A stretch of 64,000 nt of DNA from positions 37,976-101,975 of the forward strand of contig ONEL01000002.1 in NCBI GenBank assembly GCA_900316835.1. Reading direction: 5' to 3'. The stretch's first letter is position 1. Every line of letters starts with the position of its first letter. This DNA comes from an uncultured Prevotellaceae bacterium (GTDB lineage: Bacteria > Bacteroidota > Bacteroidia > Bacteroidales > Muribaculaceae). Below are positions 1 to 8,216 of the stretch, in pieces. The position numbers and the translations under genes were made by a program. A model generated the notes under the pieces. The model had not been told where the DNA came from, ran no database searches, and saw nothing but the letters and a program-made list of their open reading frames with translations.

Positions 1-283
1 CATTGCATGTCTTGATATAGTCGACAGCGGCGCTATAGAGTGGGTCAAGTCCCTCGAGAGCAGCCTGATGCTCATAGTATTCGACACCCTTGAACTCTGG
101 CGGTTGCTGACTTAGAGGCTTGAGTTGCTCCAGCGGAGCCTTATCGTTGGGAATATAAGCTATGCCGTCAACGATTTTCAGCATCGACATGCAGCTTGGG
201 CAGGTGATGGTGTAGTCGAGCATCGCGAGTTCTTCCTCACTTTGCTGCGTGATGTGACCACACTTGGGACATTCGATTTTCAT
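1..283 (-). CDS. zinc-ribbon protein, N-terminal part only (gene runs off the left edge)
   Basis: Hand translation of the minus strand from ATG at 283..281 stays open to position 1: MKIECPKCGHITQQSEEELAMLDYTITCPSCMSMLKIV...EGLDPLYSAAVDYIKTCN. It has a CPKCG...CPSC zinc ribbon. The last residues weakly resemble the start of an FtsK-gamma-type winged helix. It is absent from the ORF track because it is truncated. Confidence 0.5.
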   Translation of the reverse strand, partial: MKIECPKCGHITQQSEEELAMLDYTITCPSCMSMLKIVDGIAYIPNDKAPLEQLKPLSQQPPEFKGVEYYEHQAALEGLDPLYSAAVDYIKTCN

Positions 284-332
284 CTTTCAGTTAAAAAATA
301 TATAAAATCTTCATTAGCACTCACAATCGCAT

Positions 333-992
333 TTATCCCTCAAGGTTGATTCCCATGATGACATAAGCGATGAAGAAGAGTGCCACAGCAATGAGTGTGA
401 TGATGAAGCATCCGCTAGTGCTGTGAATGCTGAACTTGCTGTCGCTATTGTTGTTCTTGCGGTTCTTACCCGTGATTTTGCGTGAGTTTGTGGCCATGTG
501 ATGAGGTGTAGATGATTGGGGAATAGTAGTGCGAGATGGGATTGTGGTGGTGCGATAGGGTGGTGGAGAAGATGCTGTGCGACGTGGGGGTGGCACCACT
601 TTAACAAAGTTGCCGCACTTGGGACAGAAATTTGCCCCTTCACGCAAGAACGCCCCGCACTGCTTGCAATAGCGCATCACGGCATCGGTGTGATGTGGCA
701 ATGCCGGTGGCGCAGCGGGAGGTGGCGGGGCTGAAGGGGGAGGCGGTACCTGTGCGGGCTCGCTAGAGGGTTGCACAGTGGTGCTTGTGGCATCATGCGA
801 TGGTGGCACAATGTCATCGCCGCTAGCGGTGTCACTGTCCTGCTGGGTAGAGTCGAGGTTAGAGTTCCTTGAAGGCACGTCAACGTCGATTGCCTCTAGG
901 CACTGCGGGCACACCAGGTGTCCTTGCAAGTTCTCAATTTCCTCGATAGAGACGTCGATATGTTTCCCACACTCGGGGCAGAATAGATGCAT
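333..992 (-). CDS. double zinc-ribbon protein with a Pro-rich linker and a C-terminal TM anchor
   Basis: 219-aa ORF. It has CPECG...CPQC at the N-terminus and a second ribbon, CKQCG...CPKCG, mid-protein. Low-complexity PPPPSAPPPPAAPP stretches are present. The hydrophobic tail is CFIITLIAVALFFIAYVIMGI. Confidence 0.6.
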   Translation of the reverse strand: MHLFCPECGKHIDVSIEEIENLQGHLVCPQCLEAIDVDVPSRNSNLDSTQQDSDTASGDDIVPPSHDATSTTVQPSSEPAQVPPPPSAPPPPAAPPALPHHTDAVMRYCKQCGAFLREGANFCPKCGNFVKVVPPPRRTASSPPPYRTTTIPSRTTIPQSSTPHHMATNSRKITGKNRKNNNSDSKFSIHSTSGCFIITLIAVALFFIAYVIMGINLEG

Positions 993-1012
993 TAACTACT
1001 ATAAGTGTAAAG

Positions 1013-1069
1013 TTTTCTAGATATTCCGGAAAATCTTGGATAGCAAGAAACTCTAGAATATCTAGAAAA
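1013..1069. repeat. 9-bp-period TCTAGA-core array that also forms a long hairpin
   Basis: The units are TCTAGATAT TCCGGAAAA TCTTGGATA GCAAGAAAC TCTAGAATA TCTAGAAAA (1016..1069). 1013..1026 (ttttctagatattc) is the perfect reverse complement of 1056..1069 (gaatatctagaaaa). There is an inner TCTTG/CAAGA dyad. It lies just downstream of the stop of 1082..2356. Confidence 0.75.
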
Positions 1070-1081
1070 CTGAATGATTTT

Positions 1082-2356
1082 TTAAGCGTAGTGAACTGTG
1101 GCTTTTACCACAATGTGCCACTTGCCGTTTTCGAGCTGTGCGCGACCAGCGCGGTCGGTAACGATGCGTGACTTGCCGGCAGTTGACTGAATGTCGTTGC
1201 CCGAGCAAGCGCGAGTGAGGGCATCGCCAGGCATGAGCAGTGCCAGTTTGTGCACTTCTTCCTTGTTGATGACAGTGAACGAGCCACTCTTGCCGTCCAT
1301 GGTGGTGAGCTCAAAAATTGAGTTGCCAGGCTCGTAGGTAGCTGCCGAGCGAGAGAAATTGTCATCCTCGTCGGGCTTTGCCATGAACAGGATGCGTGGC
1401 TCTCCAAAGGTGTTCTTTGGCTCTTCCTTAACTGCCACGGGCTGCTCTTTCTTGGGCTCTTCGCGTTTGGGTTCTTGTCTCTTGGGCTCGGCAGGACGCT
1501 CATTGTGCTTCTCTTCACGAGCATTCTTCTCGCCAAAGTCAATCTTCTTGGTAGCAACTGCGGCACCAGCGTCGCTCAGCTTGTTATCGTGCTTGCCGGC
1601 AGGCTTGTGTGGGCGGTGCTCAGCCTCACCCTGACCCTTGAGAGTAGAACGCATCTTGTCGAGTTGCTTTTGCATGTTCTTGATGTCGTCGTTGAGGTCG
1701 TGCATGATAGCCTGATTCTCCTTGCGGGCCTGCATTGCCAGGAAGGTGCCAATGGCGCCCAGCGCAAGCCCCAGGATAGTAAGCAAATACAGGAATCCGT
1801 GACCGCTGTGGCCACCATCTTCCTTCTTCTCCTCGGCATTATTCTCCTGAGCGTTTTGAGCGGTGGCGGCAGTGCTGTCGGCATTGTTTACTACTGTAGC
1901 ATTACCTGCTTGAGCAGTAGCAGGAGCGGGCTCTCCGGCAGGAGTAGCACCCACTTCGTCGCCAGTGTGAGAAGCGTTATATTTCTCCACATCACGCTTC
2001 ACTCCATTCTTGAGCACGGCACCTTTCTCATACTCACCCGCGATGGTAGCGAGCAACTTGTCCATGTCGCCACCTTCGTTTTCATGAGCTTTGAGCTTGT
2101 CGTAATAGGTTACCCATTTAGCCTTGCTACCGTAGAGCACGCGCAAGTCGTCGAGAGTGTAGTTTTCGTTGGTGCGAGAAATCACCTTGTCCTCGGCCTG
2201 GGCAAATCCCAGGTCGGTAGCAATCCACTGGGCTCCCACAGCCAGACCGTGGTTCCATTGTCCTTGCGATAAAGGTTTAGCGCCATCTTGGGCTTTGAGC
2301 CCCATTGTGGTCATGCTAGCCATGACACACACAAGTAGTAAAAGAACTTTTTTCAT
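1082..2356 (-). CDS. hypothetical bitopic membrane protein (signal peptide, mid-protein TM, K/E-rich charged linker, C-terminal globular domain)
   Basis: 424-aa ORF. The signal peptide is MKKVLLLLVCVMASMTTMGLKAQ and the TM helix is FLYLLTILGLALGAIGTFLAM. A long EEKHNERPAEPKRQEPKREEPKKEQP charged tract follows. It sits 59 nt downstream of the ASKHA gene on the same strand. Confidence 0.6.
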   Translation of the reverse strand: MKKVLLLLVCVMASMTTMGLKAQDGAKPLSQGQWNHGLAVGAQWIATDLGFAQAEDKVISRTNENYTLDDLRVLYGSKAKWVTYYDKLKAHENEGGDMDKLLATIAGEYEKGAVLKNGVKRDVEKYNASHTGDEVGATPAGEPAPATAQAGNATVVNNADSTAATAQNAQENNAEEKKEDGGHSGHGFLYLLTILGLALGAIGTFLAMQARKENQAIMHDLNDDIKNMQKQLDKMRSTLKGQGEAEHRPHKPAGKHDNKLSDAGAAVATKKIDFGEKNAREEKHNERPAEPKRQEPKREEPKKEQPVAVKEEPKNTFGEPRILFMAKPDEDDNFSRSAATYEPGNSIFELTTMDGKSGSFTVINKEEVHKLALLMPGDALTRACSGNDIQSTAGKSRIVTDRAGRAQLENGKWHIVVKATVHYA

Positions 2357-2415
2357 TTCGATAATTGTTGTTTTGTGTTGTTATAGTGTTTTTTATTTTT
2401 TGTCAATAGGGTTAT

Positions 2416-5400
2416 TCACACTGTTCTTGAGATTACCTCATTGCACAGGTTTTTCAAGAGGTTGTGGCGTATGATGCCGATGATGGGGTAGAAGAATGGC
2501 ACGTCCTCGATGGGTTCGTCGCCCTCGTAGCGCCCCTTGAGGTAGTTCCCAATGCCAGCGGTGAGATAGTTTCCAATGTCGTCACCTAGCACACTGGTAA
2601 AGATTTTGAACACCTTGTTGTCGATGCCAAACTCGTCCTTGGTAACATTGTCGCACAGCCCTATGAAGAACTCGTTGAACTTGTTGACTTGCTCAATGAG
2701 CTGGTCACGTGTCTCAATTTCGTATACACTCTTGATGGTCAATGGCTTGTCGCCAATCATCGAGTAACAGTATTTCATGGCGTTGACATTGCGTGGTGTG
2801 AGCTGTCGCACGTCCACGTTGCCGTCCATGCGCAGAGTCTCGAGCCTGATGCCACCGCGACATGTGATTTGCTTCGGGCTCTTGTGCTCAATCTTGATGG
2901 AGAACCGCTCGGTGTATTGCTTGCCGAAGACGCGTTCCAGAATGAGCTGTGTGAATTCCTCCACCTGATCCTTGCTGCCCAAGATGTTGAGAATCTTGGA
3001 ACCAGTACCGCTGAAGTAGATTTGCTTGGGCATCTCGTAGTCGCGTGCTCGCATCGACTGGGCAATGTAGTAGATGATAGCGGCGTAGAAGTACATAAAG
3101 ATGAGCTTGCGTTGCTGGTCGTTGCGCAATAGCGTGTTGTAGCTGTAGATGTTGCGGTCTACCTCGCGCAGATTGCGCAACTGCTCCACGTTCTCTATTG
3201 AGAAGAGGAAGGCGTTGACATCTTGCGAACGCTTGCGCTTGAGCACGTCTTGCAGAATGCTGTTGAGGTAGGAGATGTCGCTGTTCTTGGAAATCAACCG
3301 CTTGAAATACTCGCCGTAGTGGCGGATGAGAGGGTTGTTGTCGGCATCACGCTCGGTGAATGCGTCGCCAAAGATGGCATCGCCGGCAAAGCGGAACGAC
3401 GATAGTGCCACAGGCACAGTGTCGAGGCGATTCTCGGTGGGTTGATAGATAACAGTGTCGGTGGTGCCGCCACCAATGTCGATCGACACAAAACTGCCAC
3501 CGCTCACGTCATCGCCCTTGTAGAAATAGGCTGGCGCGATGCTCTCGGGGAGGGCTTGCAAGTGGCTGGTGTCGTCGCCGAAATAGGTGTGGTAAAGCTC
3601 GTTCCACGTGTCGTCGAGCTTGCGACGGTCGCTGCCGCCCATGCTCACGGGGAAGAAGTAGACGATGTTGGTGCGGTTGAGGTCGCCGTTCTCGAGTAGC
3701 ACTTTGGCTTTGATTAGCAATACCAGCTCGCGCAGGAACTCGCGTGAGAGTGTGATGTCGCCCATCCACTTGAGGTTGGTGGTGATGTCGTAGCCGTCGA
3801 AGTACTGGCGTTCGTAGAGGAACGGAATATTGATATCGCCAAAGAGTTTGTGCCCGCCTGTGCTGACAGCATTGCGTGCCAAGGCACTGCGCAATGGGAA
3901 TCCGTACACGTTGTCTATGTCGCTGGGCAGGAATTCCACGCGTTGTAGCTGGTCGGCAAAGAGTAGCGTGCCGCGCTTGAGCAGCGATGCTATGAGCACC
4001 TGATGCTCGCCATGGGCAAACTCGAGGGTTTGCGCGTCGTTACCACGCTCGCTCCACTCTACATGGCTATTAGTAGTACCAAAGTCGACGGCGAATATCA
4101 GTTCCTTGCTACTTGCCACATAGGGTTTCCACAATGGCACGATGTAGCCCGTGAAGGCACCCGACGGAGTTTCAATGTTGGCTTGCACAAAGTCGAACGA
4201 GCCTTCCAGGTCATAATAGGCAGTGGTGTAACTGCTTTGTGAGCGCACCTTGTCGCTGCACTTAATCCTCTCTTGTGTGAGCCCGTCGTTAAAGAACTCG
4301 AGCGTAGCTTTGCCTCCATCAATCATGGTGAAGAGCTGCACTGTGTAGTCGTCTTTATAGTCGGTGCGCACAAAGGGGAAGATGGCGGTGGAGAGCACCA
4401 CATTAGTGATAATGCGCCCGGTGCCACGCTTCTCGTCGAAGTGCCACGAGGGGTCGTCGATGGGATAGTAGTTGCGAGTGAGCTCAATAAATCGCTTCTT
4501 GAGCGGTATGCGCAAGGTTACATTAACTGAGCCATCGCTCAGCTCTTCCATCTCCATCATGTTGCGACCATGCACCTGGCGTGTGACATCGGCAGCGTTA
4601 AAGTATTTAAAAAACTCCTGCGTCAATGGCAACAAGTAGCCATTGCGGCTCACCATAGCCTTGTTGATGATATTGCCATTGAAGAAATGGGCATCGTCGA
4701 CAGGGCCTGAGAGGCGTATGAGTGTGTCTTGCAAGAAGTCGCCAGTGGTGAGGAACGGGTACTCGATGCTTGTGTCGGGCAACTTGCGCTTGGCTACGGG
4801 GATGCCGCTAGTGTAAACCTGCGTTGAGCTGTCCCATTCCTTGTCGATGTAGATATAGTGGTCCACACTGCCATTGAAATTGTTGCGTAGCACAAGTGGC
4901 AGTGTCTCGCCCACCTCGCGAGTGGGAGCGATGACAAAGTCGCTGGTGGCGGCTGCGGTGCGTATGTCGCGAGCGCGCTTGTGGTAGAAGCGTGCTCCTA
5001 GCACTGTCACCTCGTCGTCGCCCACAAAGGGGTCAAACTCCAGGTCAAGCCTCTCAACCAGTCGTGGCGCAAGCTCTTGGCTCAGAGCCTCGAGGTTGGG
5101 AACAACCTGGGTGAGACGGTTGTAGAGAGCCGGTTTCTCCTGCATGATGATGTCCTTGTTCTTGAGCATGTAGTCGTAGACTCCCTTGATGGTCATGCGC
5201 AAGGTGGGGAACGCGTTGAAGAGCATGAACATGTAGTAGACAAAGTCCTCGTCGCGTTGCCACAGGTCGCGAGTCTCGCTGTCGAAGAGCGAGATGCCCT
5301 GCTCTACCTTGATGCCCTGGATGGGTTGCTCGCTCTCGCGGGGCACGGCAATGGTGAGCGATGATGGTGATGTGGCGCCTATCACCTGGCTGTTCCACAG

Positions 5401-5847
5401 CAGGATATACCAGTCGGTGAGCATGTTGAAGTTATACTTGGTGTCGCTGGCGAGGAAGAGTTCCAGTGTCTCGCCGTAGAGACGATGCTCGGGCTCGCTC
5501 TTGAGGCGCGCTATTTGTTCCTCGCGATTCCAGCGCACGATGTGGAGATAGTCCTTGTGGTTCTCAAAGTCGAAGAAGAGCTGAGCCACGTCGAGCGCAT
5601 TCGACACCAGTCGCTTGTCCATCATGGTTCCTGCCAGGCGTGCGTTGCTTGCCAGGTGCTCAAAGGCATTTTTCACCAGGTCGAGTTGTGCAAACGGACT
5701 TGGAATGGCGGTGCGTGGATTCTCGCTCAGGCCACCATTTGGGTCCTTGATTTGCTTGATATCATCGTCGACATAGGGCGCTACTGGAATCCAGTCCTGC
5801 GCACTAGTCTTGGTGGTTTTGTTATTATAGGATAGTACTTGACTCAT
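2416..5847 (-). CDS. 1143-aa protein with a C-terminal actin/Hsp70-fold (ASKHA) ATPase-like domain; the N-terminal ~580 aa are of unknown fold
   Basis: Phosphate-1-like motif IFAVDFGTTNSHVEW (~aa 584-598). Phosphate-2-like motif FVSIDIGGGTTDTVIY (~aa 786-801). Adenosine-like motif IYFSGTGSKILNIL (~aa 943-956). Compare Hsp70 DLGTTNS / DLGGGTFD / GGSTRIP. Confidence 0.65.
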   Translation of the reverse strand: MSQVLSYNNKTTKTSAQDWIPVAPYVDDDIKQIKDPNGGLSENPRTAIPSPFAQLDLVKNAFEHLASNARLAGTMMDKRLVSNALDVAQLFFDFENHKDYLHIVRWNREEQIARLKSEPEHRLYGETLELFLASDTKYNFNMLTDWYILLWNSQVIGATSPSSLTIAVPRESEQPIQGIKVEQGISLFDSETRDLWQRDEDFVYYMFMLFNAFPTLRMTIKGVYDYMLKNKDIIMQEKPALYNRLTQVVPNLEALSQELAPRLVERLDLEFDPFVGDDEVTVLGARFYHKRARDIRTAAATSDFVIAPTREVGETLPLVLRNNFNGSVDHYIYIDKEWDSSTQVYTSGIPVAKRKLPDTSIEYPFLTTGDFLQDTLIRLSGPVDDAHFFNGNIINKAMVSRNGYLLPLTQEFFKYFNAADVTRQVHGRNMMEMEELSDGSVNVTLRIPLKKRFIELTRNYYPIDDPSWHFDEKRGTGRIITNVVLSTAIFPFVRTDYKDDYTVQLFTMIDGGKATLEFFNDGLTQERIKCSDKVRSQSSYTTAYYDLEGSFDFVQANIETPSGAFTGYIVPLWKPYVASSKELIFAVDFGTTNSHVEWSERGNDAQTLEFAHGEHQVLIASLLKRGTLLFADQLQRVEFLPSDIDNVYGFPLRSALARNAVSTGGHKLFGDINIPFLYERQYFDGYDITTNLKWMGDITLSREFLRELVLLIKAKVLLENGDLNRTNIVYFFPVSMGGSDRRKLDDTWNELYHTYFGDDTSHLQALPESIAPAYFYKGDDVSGGSFVSIDIGGGTTDTVIYQPTENRLDTVPVALSSFRFAGDAIFGDAFTERDADNNPLIRHYGEYFKRLISKNSDISYLNSILQDVLKRKRSQDVNAFLFSIENVEQLRNLREVDRNIYSYNTLLRNDQQRKLIFMYFYAAIIYYIAQSMRARDYEMPKQIYFSGTGSKILNILGSKDQVEEFTQLILERVFGKQYTERFSIKIEHKSPKQITCRGGIRLETLRMDGNVDVRQLTPRNVNAMKYCYSMIGDKPLTIKSVYEIETRDQLIEQVNKFNEFFIGLCDNVTKDEFGIDNKVFKIFTSVLGDDIGNYLTAGIGNYLKGRYEGDEPIEDVPFFYPIIGIIRHNLLKNLCNEVISRTV

Positions 5848-5908
5848 AGTTAGTTGTCAGTTGTCAGTTATGAGTTGTCAGTTGTTGTCAGTTATGAGTT
5901 ATTCGTTA

Positions 5909-7438
5909 TCAGTTGATATTGTCGTATCGCTCGGTGATGATTTTCTCGGCGGCAGTGTAGAAGAGGTCCATGAGCTTAAGCTCGGCATTACTGCCATAGC
6001 GGTTGTTGTCACGGCTCAGGCGGTTCATCTCGGCCTTAAACACGTCGTTGTCCACCTTCTTGTAGCCGAAGAGCGACTTCTTGGTGACAACCTTGTGGAT
6101 GGCTTTAGCCATTTCCATCTCACCCTCGTTGAAGAGGGTGACGTGGCGGCGATTGTGCAGCAACTCGGTGAGCCACTCGATGTAGCTGTCGAAGAACTGC
6201 TGTGTGAGCACGCGGTAGAATTGTGTTCCTGTGAACTCGCGTGTAATCTTGGGGGCATCTTCGGTAAATCCCTGGCCTATCATGCCGTTGAGGCCTGTGC
6301 GCAGGAAGATGTAGAGCAGGTGAAGCTTCACTAGTGGGCGGTACACGAGTTGGCGTGTCTCCTGCCCAAAGCTTGAGAAATCAACAAAGTCGGTGTCTTT
6401 CTCCAGACCATACTCAAACGCCTTGGTAGCCAGAGGTTCGCCGGTAACGGGGTCGGAGAGTTCGCTATCGCTCAAGCTCAAGAACTTGAACGGAGCCATT
6501 GCTCCCACCAGCTCAATGAGGTGGGCGGGGTCGTGCTGGTCGCGCTTGTCGCCAGGGTCGTAGGCATAGGGTGCGTTGTGTCCGTGGTCTCCAAGATAGA
6601 AGATGGCGTTCACAGCGTTGCGTCCGTTGCCAGTGAGGGTGTTATTATAGTATTCCAGCGCGCTCTGGGTTTTTACCACAAAGTCGGCATTGTCGATGCG
6701 CTTGTCTTTCTTGTCCTCGCTTTCCATGAGCGAGAAGTAGGGAAGCACCGTCAAGCCACCTATTGGTGCTCGCTGCAGGAAAGCCTTGTTCTTGGCATCG
6801 ATGTTGCGTGCTTGGCGAATGTTCTTCACGATAATGGGAAATCCCGCGGCGCCAGTGCCACCAAAGATACTGCTGATGAAGAAAATGCGGTCACCGTCGG
6901 CAAAGACATTGGCAAAGGCTTTGAATTCGTTGCTGTCCTTCACGCCGTTGAGCGCCACGCTGCCTATGTTGGGCGAGCCCACAAAGCCAATGCTCATCTT
7001 GTTCTCCAGCTGATAGTCGGCAAAGAGTAGCGATGTCAAAGCCTGGTTAGGCTCGTTCATGGTGTTGTAGCTGATGAAGTCGCGAAACTTGTAGTTCTCG
7101 ACTGCCGCCAGGTTAAAGATGAATGAGTCGTCGAGGGGCACTTGGCTGCTCGACACCACCTCCTTGAGGCTCGAAATCTTGGTGGCGAAGAAACCGTTAG
7201 CGTTGGCGTTCTTGCCATAGAGTTTTTCACGCAAGGTGCTATAGGCACTCAGCAGTCGCTCAGTGCGCTTGAGGTCGGCATTCGACTTGTGCGGGTCAAT
7301 GATGATGGGCACAATTTCCACATCTTGCAGTGGTTTTCCATTGGCGTCGACCGGGCGCACGCCTGCGGCACATAGCATGATCATCGACTTGAGCACTCGC
7401 GAGCCAGTTCCTCCTATAGCAAATACAAATAGTTTCAT
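5909..7438 (-). CDS. tubulin/FtsZ-superfamily-like GTPase (Tubulin_2-like)
   Basis: 509-aa ORF. N-terminal Gly loop VFAIGGTGSRVLKS (aa 5-18). Signature-like loop FFISSIFGGTGAAGFPIIV (aa ~185-203). Compare FtsZ GGGTGTGAAPV and tubulin GGGTGSG. No signal peptide or TM helix. Confidence 0.55.
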   Translation of the reverse strand: MKLFVFAIGGTGSRVLKSMIMLCAAGVRPVDANGKPLQDVEIVPIIIDPHKSNADLKRTERLLSAYSTLREKLYGKNANANGFFATKISSLKEVVSSSQVPLDDSFIFNLAAVENYKFRDFISYNTMNEPNQALTSLLFADYQLENKMSIGFVGSPNIGSVALNGVKDSNEFKAFANVFADGDRIFFISSIFGGTGAAGFPIIVKNIRQARNIDAKNKAFLQRAPIGGLTVLPYFSLMESEDKKDKRIDNADFVVKTQSALEYYNNTLTGNGRNAVNAIFYLGDHGHNAPYAYDPGDKRDQHDPAHLIELVGAMAPFKFLSLSDSELSDPVTGEPLATKAFEYGLEKDTDFVDFSSFGQETRQLVYRPLVKLHLLYIFLRTGLNGMIGQGFTEDAPKITREFTGTQFYRVLTQQFFDSYIEWLTELLHNRRHVTLFNEGEMEMAKAIHKVVTKKSLFGYKKVDNDVFKAEMNRLSRDNNRYGSNAELKLMDLFYTAAEKIITERYDNIN

Positions 7439-7513
7439 CTTTCTTATAAGTAAAGTAAGTTGAATAGTGAGTAGAAAGTAACTATCACCGTTTTTTTTAT
7501 GCTACTTTTCAAA

Positions 7514-7521
7514 CAAAGGTA
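7514..7521 (-). promoter_or_regulatory. Bacteroidota -7 box (TACCTTTG on the minus strand) for the tubulin-like/ASKHA operon
   Basis: Plus strand reads caaaggta, the reverse complement of TAnnTTTG. It lies ~76 nt upstream of the ATG at 7438, within a 313-nt AT-rich intergenic region. Confidence 0.4.
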
Positions 7522-7751
7522 ATAAAAATCAACAATACCAACAATAAATTAAGTTTTTTTGTAAAACTTGGTTGATTTTGTGACTGTTCAGCGAACTTTG
7601 AATTCTAAGCTTTTTATCAAACAAACTTGGGTGGAGTTTAACAATTTTTGGAAAGCCATGTGTTCCCTATAACATTATTGTTTTTTTGTTTGATGAAGGC
7701 TATCTTGCTGAATAGTACTTGATTATTATCGCCTGAAGTTAAGAATACACG

Positions 7752-8192
7752 TTACTGCGGAATGGGGGTGTGGCGACAGTTGCTGCTCCACCAGCGCATC
7801 GAGAACGACGCGATAGTGAAAAGAAGGGCCGACACTATCACGTTGTAGACGGCAAATGTGACCGATGCCGTGGGGTAGTCCATGCCCTCGAGCAGGTTGC
7901 CCACTACCACGAAGCACACCACTGGCGTGAGCACGCTCGCCACGCCAAGCATCGACATCCAGTGATACCAGCGGTCGAACTTCACCGAGTTTATCACATA
8001 GTAGTAGAGCGCTGCGATGCCCCACGTCATGGCAATGGCGATGATGGCGACAATGCCGTAGGCGTCGTTGTTGTGCATCGCCTCACTAAAGCCACTGCTG
8101 TAGTACAATGCCTCATACACCGGCTCACTAAAGAACCCAAAGAGCACACTAATAACGGCTCCAATCACTAGAAATATTACTTTATCTCTCAT
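7752..8192 (-). CDS. small integral membrane protein (about 4 TM helices)
   Basis: 146-aa ORF that is almost entirely hydrophobic segments (VIFLVIGAVISVLFGFF, IVAIIAIAMTWGIAALYYYVI, LGVASVLTPVVCFVVVG, VIVSALLFTIASF). It sits 24 nt downstream of the lipoprotein gene. Confidence 0.65.
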   Translation of the reverse strand: MRDKVIFLVIGAVISVLFGFFSEPVYEALYYSSGFSEAMHNNDAYGIVAIIAIAMTWGIAALYYYVINSVKFDRWYHWMSMLGVASVLTPVVCFVVVGNLLEGMDYPTASVTFAVYNVIVSALLFTIASFSMRWWSSNCRHTPIPQ

Positions 8193-8216
8193 TTTGCTTA
8201 TATATATGTTTCAGAG

